Of a stretch of 64,000 nucleotides of DNA, positions 36,680-48,936 are shown piece after piece. Location: NCBI GenBank assembly GCA_964016885.1, contig OZ024764.1, forward strand, positions 16,616,001 to 16,680,000. The letters are read 5' to 3'. The notes under the pieces were generated by a model. The model did not search any database, was not told the DNA's origin, and saw nothing but the letters and a program-made list of their open reading frames with translations. Each line of letters opens with the position of its first letter. Within the stretch, counting starts at the first letter, position 1. The position numbers and the translations under genes were made by a program. Source of the DNA: Eledone cirrhosa. Lineage: Eukaryota.

Positions 36680-38140
36680 TTGTTACAGCACACACCTATG
36701 TAGGTTTAGCTGGCCTCCTACAAGGTTGTATCTCATAGGAGGTTTCTCTGGTGTTTTAATGATAGGGACCCTAGTCCTATCATGTTGTTACAGCTCACAC
36801 ACACCTATGTAGGTTTAGCTGACCTCCTACAAGGTTGTATCTCATAGGAGATTTCTCACATGTTTTAATAATAGGGACCCCCAGTCCTATCATGTTGTTA
36901 CACCTCACACACACCTATGTAGGTTTAGCTGGCCTCCTACAGGGTTGTATCTCACAGGAGGTTTATCTGGTGTTTTAATGATAGGGACCCCAGTCCTATC
37001 ATGTTGTTACAGCTCACACACACCTATGTAGGTTTAGCTGACCTCCTACAAGGTTGTATCTCATAGGAGATTTCTCACATGTTTTAATAATAGGGACCCC
37101 CAGTCCTATCATGTTGTTACACCTCACACACACCTATGTAGGTTTAGCTGGCCTCCTACAGGGTTGTATCTCACAGGAGGTTTATCTGGTGTTTTAATGA
37201 TAGGGACCCCAGTCCTATCATGTTGTTACAGCTCACACCTATGTAGGTTTAGCTGGCCTTCTACAAGGTTGTATCTCATAGGAGGTTTCTTGTGTGTTTT
37301 AATGATAGAGACCCTAGTCCTATCATGTTGTTACAGCTCACACCTATGTCAGTCTAGCTGACCTCTCATAGGAGGTTTCTTGTGTGTTTTAATGATAGGG
37401 ACCCTAGTCCTATCATGTTGTTACAGCTCACACCTATGTAGGTTTAGCTGACCTCCTACAAGGTTGTATCTCATAGGAGGTTTATCTGGTGTTTTAATGA
37501 TAGGGACCCTAGTCCTATCATGTTGTTACAGCTCACACACACCTATGTAGGTTTAGCTGGCCTACTACAAGGTTGTATCTCATAGGAGGTTTATCTGGTG
37601 TTTTAATGATAGGGACCCTAGTCCTATCATGTTGTTACAGCTCACACACACCTATGTAGGTTTAGCTGACCTCCTACAAGGTTGTATCTCATAGGAGATT
37701 TCTCACATGTTTTAATAATAGGGACCCCCAGTCCTATCATGTTGTTACACCTCACACACACCTATGTAGGTTTAGCTGGCCTCCTACAGGGTTGTATCTC
37801 ACAGGAGGTTTATCTGGTGTTTTAATGATAGGGACCCCAGTCCTATCATGTTGTTACAGCTCACACCTATGTAGGTTTAGCTGGCCTTCTACAAGGTTGT
37901 ATCTCATAGGAGGTTTCTTGTGTGTTTTAATGATAGAGACCCTAGTCCTATCATGTTGTTACAGCTCACACCTATGTCAGTCTAGCTGACCTCTCATAGG
38001 AGGTTTCTTGTGTGTTTTAATGATAGGGACCCTAGTCCTATCATGTTGTTACAGCTCACACCTATGTCAGTCTAGCTGACCTCCTACAAGGTTGTATCTC
38101 ATAGGAGGTTTATCTGGTGTTTTAATGATAGGGACCCCAG
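36680..38140. repeat. About 105-bp minisatellite with 628-bp higher-order repeat
   Basis: Same family as 9166-9790; identical ORFs at 37164 and 37792. Confidence 0.9.
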
Positions 38141-38308
38141 TTTTGCCATGAAAATGAACATAAAAAGCATCTCACACAACACAATGCAACACTCAATCCA
38201 GGAATCGAACCCACAGCCTCATGACTGGCAGTTTAACACCCTAACCACTCGGCCACATTCGTTTAACAATAAAGAAGCGTTTATGAACAATAAGGTTTTC
38301 GTACTTAC

Positions 38309-38384
38309 ATCTGGTAACAGAGGTACTTGAACCAAGTTTTTGAAGTACTGAAGTGTCCCACTTTGATGGTAGAACTGTTTCAAA
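38309..38384 (-). CDS. HIP1: HIP1 exon: LKQFYHQSGTLQYFKNLVQVPLLPD
   Basis: ttctag/gtaagt; 76 nt, phase 2->0. Confidence 0.94.
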
Positions 38385-38437
38385 CTAGAAAAACAAACAA
38401 ACACACGGTAATTACTGGTACACTAGCAAATAATGTG

Positions 38438-38475
<38 letters not shown>

Positions 38476-38791
38476 TGTGTGTAGTGTGTGAATGTCAGTG
38501 TATTTACAAATGTGTATGTGTGTATGTGTGTGTATGTATGTGTGTGTGTATGTGTGTGCAAGTAGGAGTGAAAGTGTTTGAGAGTGAGTATGATAAAGAG
38601 AGCCTGTGCAAGTGTGAGTATGAGTGGAGTGTAAGTTAAGAGGAGTGTATGAGTGCAGTGTTTGAGTGAAGTGTTTGAGTGCAAGTGGTTGAGTACAAGT
38701 GTTTGAGAGTAGTGTTGAGTGAAGTGTTTGTGAGTAGTGTTGAGTGAAGTGTTTGCAGGCAGTGTTGAGTGAAGTGTTGAGGTCTACTCAC

Positions 38792-38849
38792 AGTCTGTAT
38801 CCTGCCAGGAATCGATCTCTATGTCCAGAGAGTGTATCAGGCGGTAGAC
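38792..38849 (-). CDS. HIP1: HIP1 exon: LPPDTLSGHRDRFLAGYR
   Basis: ccaccag/gtgagt; 58 nt, phase 1->2. Confidence 0.94.
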
Positions 38850-38919
38850 CTGGTGGAAAGATGAGATTATTGGAGTTTAGAGATCATACCTGTACAGGTG
38901 GCACACAGGTAACGAGTCC

Positions 38920-41230
38920 ACATCTGTACAGATGTAGTGTCATACCTGGTTATATCACAGGTAATGAGCACACATCTGTACAGGTGTAGTGTCATACCTG
39001 GTTATATCACAGGTAACAAGTCCACATCTGTACAGGTGTAGCTAGTCATACCTGGTTATATCACAGGTAACAAGTCCACATCTGTACAGGTGTAGCTAGT
39101 CATACCTGGTTATATCACAGGTAACGAGTCCACATCTGTACAGGTGTAGTGTCATACCTGGTTATATCACAGGTAACAAGTCCACATCTGTACAGGTGTA
39201 GCTAGTCATACCTGGTTATATCACAGGTAACAAGTCCACATCTGTACAGGTGTAGCTAGTCATACCTGGTTATATCACAGGTAACAAGTCCACATCTGTA
39301 CAGGTGTAGCTAGTCATACCTGGTTATATCACAGGTAACAAGTCCACATCTGTACAGGTGTAGCTAGTCATACCTGGTTATATCACAGGTAACGAGTCCA
39401 CATCTGTACAGGTGTAGCTAGTCATACCTGGTTATATCACAGGTAACAAGTCCACATCTGTACAGGTGTAGCTAGTCATACCTGGTTATATCACAGGTAA
39501 CAAGTCCACATCTGTACAGGTGTAGCTAGTCATACCTGGTTATATCACAGGTAACAAGTCCACATCTGTACAGGTGTAGCTAGTCATACCTGGTTATATC
39601 ACAGGTAACAAGTCCACATCTGTACAGGTGTAGCTAGTCATACCTGGTTATATCACAGGTAACGAGTCCACATCTGTACAGGTGTAGCTAGTCATACCTG
39701 GTTATATCACAGGTAACAAGTCCACATCTGTACAGGTGTAGCTAGTCATACCTGGTTATATCACAGGTAACGAGTCCACATCTGTACAGGTGTAGCTAGT
39801 CATACCTGGTTATATCACAGGTAACAAGTCCACATCTGTACAGGTGTAGCTAGTCATACCTGGTTATATCACAGGTAACGAGTCCACATCTGTACAGGTG
39901 TAGCTAGTCATACCTGGTTATATCACAGGTAACGAGTCCACATCTGTACAGGTGTAGCTAGTCATACCTGGTTATATCACAGGTAACAAGTCCACATCTG
40001 TACAGGTGTAGCTAGTCATACCTGGTTATATCACAGGTAACGAGTCCACATCTGTACAGGTGTAGCTAGTCATACCTGGTTATATCACAGGTAACAAGTC
40101 CACATCTGTACAGGTGTAGCTAGTCATACCTGGTTATATCACAGGTAACGAGTCCACATCTGTACAGGTGTAGCTAGTCATACCTGGTTATATCACAGGT
40201 AACAAGTCCACATCTGTACAGGTGTAGCTAGTCATACCTGGTTATATCACAGGTAACGAGTCCACATCTGTACAGGTGTAGCTAGTCATACCTGGTTATA
40301 TCACAGGTAACGAGTCCACATCTGTACAGGTGTAGCTAGTCATACCTGGTTATATCACAGGTAACAAGTCCACATCTGTACAGGTGTAGCTAGTCATACC
40401 TGGTTATATCACAGGTAACAAGTCCACATCTGTACAGGTGTAGCTAGTCATACCTGGTTATATCACAGGTAACGAGTCCACATCTGTACAGGTGTAGCTA
40501 GTCATACCTGGTTATATCACAGGTAACAAGTCCACATCTGTACAGGTGTAGCTAGTCATACCTGGTTATATCACAGGTAACGAGTCCACATCTGTACAGG
40601 TGTAGCTAGTCATACCTGGTTATATCACAGGTAACAAGTCCACATCTGTACAGGTGTAGCTAGTCATACCTGGTTATATCACAGGTAACGAGTCCACATC
40701 TGTACAGGTGTAGCTAGTCATACCTGGTTATATCACAGGTAACGAGTCCACATCTGTACAGGTGTAGCTAGTCATACCTGGTTATATCACAGGTAACAAG
40801 TCCACATCTGTACAGGTGTAGCTAGTCATACCTGGTTATATCACAGGTAACGAGTCCACATCTCTACAGGTGTAGCTAGTCATACCTGGTTATATCACAG
40901 GTAACGAGTCCACATCTCTACAGGTGTAGCTAGTCATACCTGGTTATATCACAGGTAACGAGTCCACATCTGTACAGGTGTGGCTAGTCATACCTGGTTA
41001 TATCACAGGTAATGAGCACACATCTCTACAGGTGTAGCTAGTCATACCTGGTTATATCACAGGTAACAAGTCCACATCTGTACAGGTGTAGCTAGTCATA
41101 CCTGGTTATATCACAGGTAACGAGTCCACATCTGTACAGGTGTAGCTAGTCATACCTGGTTATATCACAGGTAACGAGTCCACATCTCTACAGGTGTAGC
41201 TAGTGCCATATTTCGTTATATCACAGGTAA
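38920..41230. repeat. 54-bp minisatellite, about 43 copies
   Basis: gtcatacctggttatatcacaggtaacRagtccacatctgtacaggtgtagcta. Confidence 0.95.
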
Positions 41231-41357
41231 GTTGTTACTCGAGTGTAGGTTGTTACTCACTCGAGTGAAGCTTAAAGATTGACTTCACACACAGACAAAA
41301 TATAAATAAAGCAAATAAAAGATGTGAAATTCTTGTCGAGTGTAGGTTGTTACTCAC

Positions 41358-41498
41358 TTGAGTGGAGCTTAAAGAGTGACTTGACTAAATAATCGTAGAG
41401 CTGGCATGAATCAAGTATACAAGGGATGAGAGGAGCAAGTCGACACTGGCCTGAGTTTGTCATTGAGTTGGATCTCGACATGTCTAATGAACCGAATA
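41358..41498 (-). CDS. HIP1: HIP1 exon: FGSLDMSRSNSMTNSGQCRLAPLIPCILDSCQLYDYLVKSLFKLHS
   Basis: ccacag/gtgagt; 141 nt, phase 1->1; diagnostic GQCRLAPLI. Confidence 0.95.
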
Positions 41499-41548
41499 CT
41501 GTGGAAGAGAGAGAGAGTCAACATGTATATATGTATGTATATGTGTAT

Positions 41549-41882
41549 GAAGGCACATGGCTTAGTGGTTAGAGCATTGGCCTGGCAATCGAAAGGTTGT
41601 GAGTTCTCAGACCGGGTGATGTGTTGTTTCCTTGAGCAAGGCACTTTATTTCACATTGCTCCAGTTTACTCAGCTGTAGAAATGAGATGATAGGGACTGG
41701 GGTCCCTATCATTCCACTGCAAAGTGGTCGTGGAGGTGCCGCGGCAAAAAAGCACCCAGCACTCACTGTAAATGAGGTTGGTGTTAGGAAGGGCATCTAG
41801 CTGTAGAAATCAAGACAGAATCAGTTCCCGTCCCACCCTTGCAAGCAGGGAAAAGCGGACGTAAAATGATGATGATGATGAT
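41549..41882 (+). mobile_element. SINE family A (B box deleted)
   Basis: Plus-strand copy; GAGTTC--TCAG deletion in the B box. Confidence 0.88.
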
Positions 41883-42056
41883 ATATATTTGGTGTGCCTC
41901 ACAACAATATTGCACATTGTTGCAAATTGTCCAGTGAAACTGTACAGTCGGGACTTTGAAGAAAAAATAGGTATATATGTGTGTCTATTACTTCTTATTT
42001 TATAATTTGTTATATATACTAGCAGAAAAACTACCTTTCGGGTAGTTTTCTGCTAG

Positions 42057-42408
42057 CATGTGTAGTGTGTATATTGATATTAAACGCAAGTATATATACA
42101 TGTAGATATGATACATGTGTAGTGTGTATATTGATATTATACACAAGTATATATACATGTAGATATGATACATGTGTAGTGTGTATATTGATATTATACG
42201 CAAGTATATATATATACATGTAGATATGATACATGTGTAGTGTGTATATTGATATTATACACAAGTATATATACATGTAGATATGATACATGTGTAGTGT
42301 GTATATTGATATTATACGCAAGTATATATATATACATGTAGATATGATACATGTGTAGTGTGTATATTGATATTATACACAAGTATATATACATGTAGAT
42401 ATGATACA
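42057..42408. repeat. About 57-61-bp minisatellite x6
   Basis: catgtgtagtgtgtatattgatattatac..catgtagatatgata. Confidence 0.85.
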
Positions 42409-42790
42409 TCAAATAACATCGTAATTAACAATATACACAGAAATTGAAGGAAGACTGTGTTACACTGTCTTATGTAATCAGTAACGTAATCCATGATACA
42501 TTAAAAAAAGACGATGTTATATATAAACTGCATTAGGAGAAAATTAGTGACGGAAATATATGAATGTTTATTTAAGCGATCGCTAACCGGAAGTGTTGAC
42601 ATTTGAAATTTTAAAGAAGTGAATCTTTAAATAAGCTATAAAATATATTTAATCAACAGCCACGAAATTTAGTAGATAAATTATGTAATATTCATTAATT
42701 ATTTATTCAAAGTAATCCAACTTATTTTACAAACGGGATAACAAAAATATATTCTGGACGCAGTCCTGCACTCCTTACTTTGTTATAGTT
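42372..42790. mobile_element. Unclassified AT-rich dispersed element; inverted partial copy at 36280-36660
   Basis: Direct sequence match in reverse complement. Confidence 0.6.
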
Positions 42791-42889
42791 TAGATATGTA
42801 TAAATATGCACCTAAATAGAGGAAGAGAGATGTGTGTGTGTATGAGAGAAGAAAAGAGAGACTGGCTGAGAGTCATAGTGTATACATAC

Positions 42890-42951
42890 CAGCTTCCTGC
42901 AACACCAGGATCTCATCTAAATAATCAAGCATGTCACAGGAGACTTCAAAA
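42890..42951 (-). CDS. HIP1: HIP1 exon: FEVSCDMLDYLDEILVLQEA
   Basis: tttcag/gtatgt; 62 nt, phase 2->1. Confidence 0.92.
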
Positions 42952-43012
42952 CTGAAATGGATTAGAATTGGTAGGAAATACTTAGATTATTTTACATACA
43001 GGCATATAGACT

Positions 43013-43046
<34 letters not shown>

Positions 43047-43104
43047 TACATATCTGTACATATATATATATATATATACATAGATATCTATATATATATA
43101 TATA

Positions 43105-43240
43105 TTTTTTTTTATTTTATAGAAGGAGCTTCTACAGGACTAGTACTGTTTCATTCAGATGAAATCTTCAGGACTAGTACTGTTTCATCTGAATGAAACA
43201 GTACTAGTCCTGTAGAAGCTCCTTCTATAAAATAAAAAAA
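43105..43240. repeat. Inverted repeat of the family-B hammerhead element
   Basis: ttttatagaaggagcttctacaggactagtac / reverse complement. Confidence 0.85.
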
Positions 43241-43594
43241 TTTTACTCTGCCATGTATTGAGTACCTTACTTACTGTGGTTATCCCCGACTCAACCCGGG
43301 ACCTACGTATATATATATATATATATATAGACATCTATGTATGTATATATCTATACATATATACATACACATATATATATATATATATAGATGTGTATGT
43401 ATATACATATATACACATCTACATATATATATATATATATGCATATATATACATATATGTACATATACAAACACACACATATGTACATATACAAACACAC
43501 ACACACACACATATGTACATATACACACACACATATGTACATATACAAACACACACATGTACATATACAAACACACACACACACATATATACAA

Positions 43595-43641
<47 letters not shown>

Positions 43642-43690
43642 TATATATATATACATATACACCCCATATATACATTATATACATACTCAC

Positions 43691-43767
43691 TAGTTATTTA
43701 CATCTGCTCCAAATATTTTATTAAACTGTTCATCTGTCATGGTCAGACTGCCTGGTATTCGAGGGTT
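43691..43767 (-). CDS. HIP1: HIP1 exon: NPRIPGSLTMTDEQFNKIFGADVNN(Y)
   Basis: tacag/gtgagt; 77 nt, phase 0->2. Confidence 0.92.
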
Positions 43768-43872
43768 CTGTATTGTACAACAATAAATATATACATATAT
43801 ACGATAGGTAATTCCGATGAAAAAGCAAAGGAAAAAAGAGTGCTCTATCTATAGAACAGAGCTATTTAATTA

Positions 43873-43912
<40 letters not shown>

Positions 43913-43981
43913 AAAAAGGGATGAAATCGAAAATGCAACTGAAGTCTTATTTTTTTTAAAAATATATATATTTATTTGGTT

Positions 43982-44019
43982 CCTTTACCGGTTTCGCAGT
44001 TCTTCTGCTTTTCAAAAGG
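43982..44019 (-). ncRNA. Minimal hammerhead family D with U3-A8 core
   Basis: CCTT-TTGAAAA-GCAG aagaa CTGC-GAAACCGGTA^AAGG. Confidence 0.65.
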
Positions 44020-44057
44020 TGAGTTGAGATGGAGGGTCTGTGGTTAAAAAACCTCAC

Positions 44058-44102
<45 letters not shown>

Positions 44103-44336
44103 TATAAATTTAGCGAGGATCGCATTTCGGCAGTGAAACGCAACTTTCATATTGTGCAGACAAACGCTCCATGGATATGAAGAAGATATCAGAGCTATAA
44201 ACATAAGTTAAAATGGTCATACACGCTGAGACGATGGTTAAGAAGCCATTAACCACCATAGCCAAAAAAGCAAACAAGCTAAACGGGTCAAACAAAATGA
44301 GATATGATTGAAATATGTTTTGATTCATTATTTGTA

Positions 44337-44385
<49 letters not shown>

Positions 44386-44391
<6 letters not shown>

Positions 44392-46632
44392 CCCTCAACC
44401 AGTAACAGATTTAAAGATATTTTACTCAACGCCTACGACAGTAAAGAAGAACAGATAGAGACATTTAACGTAGAAGAGAACTGGGAGTTCCTAAAAAATA
44501 ACTTACTAGAGGCGACGGATGAGGTTTGTGGCTGGAGTAAGACCTCAAGCAGGAGGAGAGTGACTTGGTGGTGGAACAATAAGGTAGATGAAGCAGTCAA
44601 GGCCAAGAGACAGGCATGGAAAGAATGGAAGAACGGGGGGAGCAGGGTACATTACATAGAGACCAAGAGGGAAGCTAGGCGACAAGTATACTTAGCTAGG
44701 AGGGAAGCAGAGGATAGAAAATTCAAGCATGTTTTACAACGTGAGGACCAGAAACAGGAGGTATTCAAGATTGCGAGGCAGTGTGTCAGAGATAGTTGTG
44801 ATGTCATTGGAGAGAAGTGTATCCGGAATGATAAAGGTGAGCTTGCCCTCACAAGTGCTGAGAAGAAAGATGCATGGAAGAGTCATTATGATAGATTACT
44901 AAATGAGGAGAATGCATGGGAAGAAGAGACCCTACCCCACGTAGACCCTATAGAGGGACCAGCAGTACAAGTCAGCGGCAGCGTAGTAAGTAAGGCAATC
45001 AGAGATATGAAGATAGGGAAGGCAACCGGTCCATCGGGTATAGCTGCCGAGATGCTGAAGGCATCTGGGTCTGTAGGTCACACTATAACCACACGTATCG
45101 TTAACCAGGTAATACTAGAGGGGGCCATACCAAAAGATTGGTGCAGTAGCATCATTGTCAACTGCTACAAAGGTAAAGGCGATGCACTAGATAGAGGAAA
45201 CTATAGAGGTATAAAGTTGATGGACCAGGTCATGAAAGTAACAGAAAGAGTTATAGCACAGCTGATTAGGGACCGGGTGAATATAGACGAGATGCAATTT
45301 GGGTTTGTACCAGGGAAAGGCACCACTGATGCGCTCTTCCTTGTGAGGCAATTACAGGAAAAGTACCTAGCTAAAAGTAAGCCACTCTACTTGGCATTTG
45401 TCGACCTTGAGAAAGCCTTTGACAGAGTTCCACGTGCAGTAATCTGGTGGGCTCTTAGAAAACTAGGAGTAGATGAATGGCTTGTGAAAGCGGTACAAGC
45501 CATGTATAGGGGAGCAGTCAGCAAAGTTAGGATTGGCAATGAGTATAGCGAGGAATTTAGCGTACAGGTTGGGGTCCACCAGGGCTCTGTTCTTAGCCCT
45601 CTCCTGTTCATCATAGTCCTGCAGGCAATAACGGAGGAGTTTAAGACCGGATGCCCATGGGAACTCCTGTATGCTGATGACCTCGCACTCATAGCTGAAT
45701 CTATGGTAGAACTAGAGAATAAATTCCAAACCTGGAAGCAGGGACTAGAGAGAAAGGGCCTCAAAGTCAACATGACAAAGACTAAGGTCCTTATAAGTAG
45801 ACGAGAAAACAGAACCCAGATCCCCTCAGGGAAATGGCCTTGCTCAGTATGTAGGAAAGGTGTAGGTAGGAACTCCATTCTTTGCCCCAAATGCAAACAA
45901 TGGGTACACAAGAGATGTAGCGGGATCTCAGGAAGCTTAATTAAGAATGTAGGATTCACATGCAGCAACTGTGCTGAAACAGCAAGCAAACAGCCACAGG
46001 AAACAAGTACCACCAATCTCTGGGAGGGCCCTGTAGAAACAGTAGACAGCTTCTGCTACCTAGGTGACCGAATTAGCAACAGAGGTGGGTGCTCAGAAAG
46101 TACAATAACTAGGGTAAGAACGGGATGGAAGAAGTTTAGGGAACTACTACCACTGCTAGCTGCAAAAGGCTTCTCCCTCAGAATGAAAGGCAGACTGTAT
46201 GATGCGTGTATCCGAACAGCGATGTTGCATGGTAGTGAGACCTGGGCGCTGAAGGTGGAAGACTTACGTAGATTAGAGAGAAACGAAGCCTGCATGCTCC
46301 GATGGATGTGTAACAGTAATATACGTGAACGACAAAGCATAAATGAATTGAGAGAGAGACTGAGCATAAGAGGAATCAAATGCTGCGTGCAGGAGAGGCG
46401 GTTACGCTGGTATGGACATGTGATGCGTATGAAGGATGACAGCTGCATAAAAAGGTGCAGAGCACTAGAAGTTGATGGAAACCGCGGAGTGGGGAGACCC
46501 AAGATGACTTGGGATGAGGTGATAAAAGCCGACCTTACCCAACTACACCTCTCAAAGTCAATGACACACGACCGTGACTTCTGGCGTCACGCAGTAATAC
46601 AGGGTACCCGACCTCCCATGGGTACATGCTGA
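44386..46632 (+). CDS. RTE reverse transcriptase (endonuclease missing), with C4HC3 PHD-like insert
   Basis: About 748 codons without a stop; YADD at 45670-45681. Confidence 0.85.
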
Positions 46633-46926
46633 AGCATATAAACAATATGCCCCCCCCCCCCACCGCAAGGTGGTCGTGGAGGTGCCACGGCAAAAAAGCA
46701 CCCAGCCCACACTGTAAAGTGGACGTGTAGGCGCCACGAAAAAGCACCCAGCACTCACTGTAAATGAGGTTGGTGTTAGGAAGGGCATCCAGCTGTAGAA
46801 ATCAAGCCAGATCAGTTCCTGTATGAGCAAGGCATGGTCAGCCGACCAGACACTGCCCACAACAGGACAACCCGTCTAACCCATGCTAGCGTGGAAGAAC
46901 GGACGTAAAACGGTGATGATGATGAT
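44386..46926 (+). mobile_element. 5'-truncated RTE-clade LINE with uninterrupted RT ORF, 3' UTR and (GAT)n tail
   Basis: ORF to 46632 with RT motifs ([52 protein letters not shown]); starts at a (TA)n tract. Confidence 0.95.
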
Positions 46927-47070
46927 ATATAGACATACAAATAATGAATCTAAACATATCAAATATGTTTAGAATTTTGTGGTTTCTCAACAAGCAAGCT
47001 CAATAGACTTTATTTAGAGCCATAATAACCAAATGAAAAAGATATATGTATATATATATAGAGGGAGAGC

Positions 47071-47400
47071 CATATATCTATAAGAAACACAGTATATTGT
47101 ATATATACCAAAATATATATGTTTATATATAGAGAAAGAGCTATATATTGTATAAGAAACACAGTATATTGTATATATACCAAAATATATATGTTTATAT
47201 ATAGAGAAAGAGCTATATATTGTATAAGAAACACAGTATATTGTATATATACCAAAATATATATGTTTATATACAGAGAAAGAGCTATATATTGTATAAG
47301 AAACACAGTATATTGTATATATACCAAAATATATTTGTTTATATATAGAGAAAGAGCTATATATTGTATAAGAAACACAGTATATTGTATATATACCAAA
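47071..47400. repeat. 72-bp minisatellite, about 4.5 copies
   Basis: tataagaaacacagtatattgtatatataccaaaatatat...agagaaagagctatat. Confidence 0.85.
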
Positions 47401-48062
47401 TACATATTCCATAAAAGAATATGTACACAGGTGGAATCATAAGAGAAGCCTTATAGTGCTATTTTATACCTGGAGAGTGTAGCTCAAAATCAATCTATGA
47501 AATCGATCATCGAAGACAAACTATCGATTATGATTAAACAAGATGAGACTCAGATAACTCTTCAGAGGTTGAGACTCATTATTCGAGGGAAATATAGAAT
47601 GAAGATGGTAGAATATGTATTTGGTATATATACAATATACTGGGTATATATACAATATATAGCTCTTTCTCTCTCTATATATACATATATATACATATAT
47701 CTTTTACATTTGGTTGTATAGACATATATATATATTTTTCTTAAATGTATATATAGACATATATACACACACACACACACACACATATATACATACACCC
47801 ATATATATATATATTTGCACACCCATATATATACCTATACACACACATATATATTATATTCATGTATATATACATAATATCCAAGTATATATATATATAT
47901 ATAGATCATTGAAGCTCACGGTGGAGATGACGAGGGACCGTGACGAGTGGAGAGATGCTGTGCTGAATAAGACCCGTCCCACCCTTGCAAGCAGGGAAAA
48001 GCGGACGTAAAATGATGATGATGATGATGATGATATATATATTATATCCAAGTATATATATA

Positions 48063-48300
48063 TGTAGGTGTCACGTCAAAAAACACACAGTCCACGCTGT
48101 AATGTGGCCGTGTAGGCAACACGGTAAAAACCTCCCAGTCCACACTGTAAACGTGGTTGGTGTTAGGAAGGGCATCCAGCTGTAAAAAACCCGCCAGACA
48201 GTCCTATGCGAGCAAGACAACCACTCTTGCCTCAAGTGGGAAAACCCCCGTCCAAATCCATGCAAGCGTGGAACACGGACGCTAAACCTGATGATGATGA
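48063..48300 (+). mobile_element. RTE subfamily 2 3' UTR fragment
   Basis: Matches 1452-1686. Confidence 0.78.
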
Positions 48301-48389
48301 TATATATATATAGAAGTGGTTACACAACAGTTCACCATACCGAGATATGGATATTACCTTCCAGTGTTCTACCACTATATATATATATA

Positions 48390-48704
48390 ATCATCATCAT
48401 CATCATCATCATCATATTTTACGTCCACTTTTCCCTGCTTGCAAGGGTGGGACGGGAACTGATTCTGGCTTGATTTCTACAGCTGGATGCCCTTCCTAAC
48501 ACCAACCTCATTTACAGTGAGTGCTGGGTGCTTTTTTGCCGTGGCACCCCCACGACCACTTTGCATTTCTACAGCTGAGTAAACTGGAGCAATGTGAAAT
48601 AAAGTGTCTTGCTCAAGGAAACAACACATCATCCGGTCTGAGATTGAACTCACAACCTTTCGATTGCAAGGCCAATGCTCGAACCACTAAGCCATGTGCC
48701 TCCA
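48390..48704 (-). mobile_element. SINE family A with internal deletion
   Basis: Lacks the ATGATAGGGAC..GTCCCTATCAT hairpin segment. Confidence 0.85.
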
Positions 48705-48826
48705 TTGATATATATATATATATATATATATTTTATATTCAAGTGTATATGGTATATTTTAACAGACAATTTTACATGGAAAATCTTGCAAAACAAATAA
48801 GAAAATGAAAAATTTTGAATAAATAC

Positions 48827-48907
48827 CTTTTTGTGAAAAGAGAGTTTCTGAATTAAAAGCTTTGTGTAAGCAGCTATTAGCCGGCCATAACCATCTTTTA
48901 AGTGACC
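48827..48907 (-). CDS. HIP1: HIP1 exon: GHLKDGYGRLIAAYTKLLIQKLSFHKK
   Basis: ttcag/gtattt; 81 nt; ANTH GYG..LI..Y..LL..KL.FH motif. Confidence 0.93.
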
Positions 48908-48936
48908 CTGAATAGTGAGATAAATAAATAAGATTA

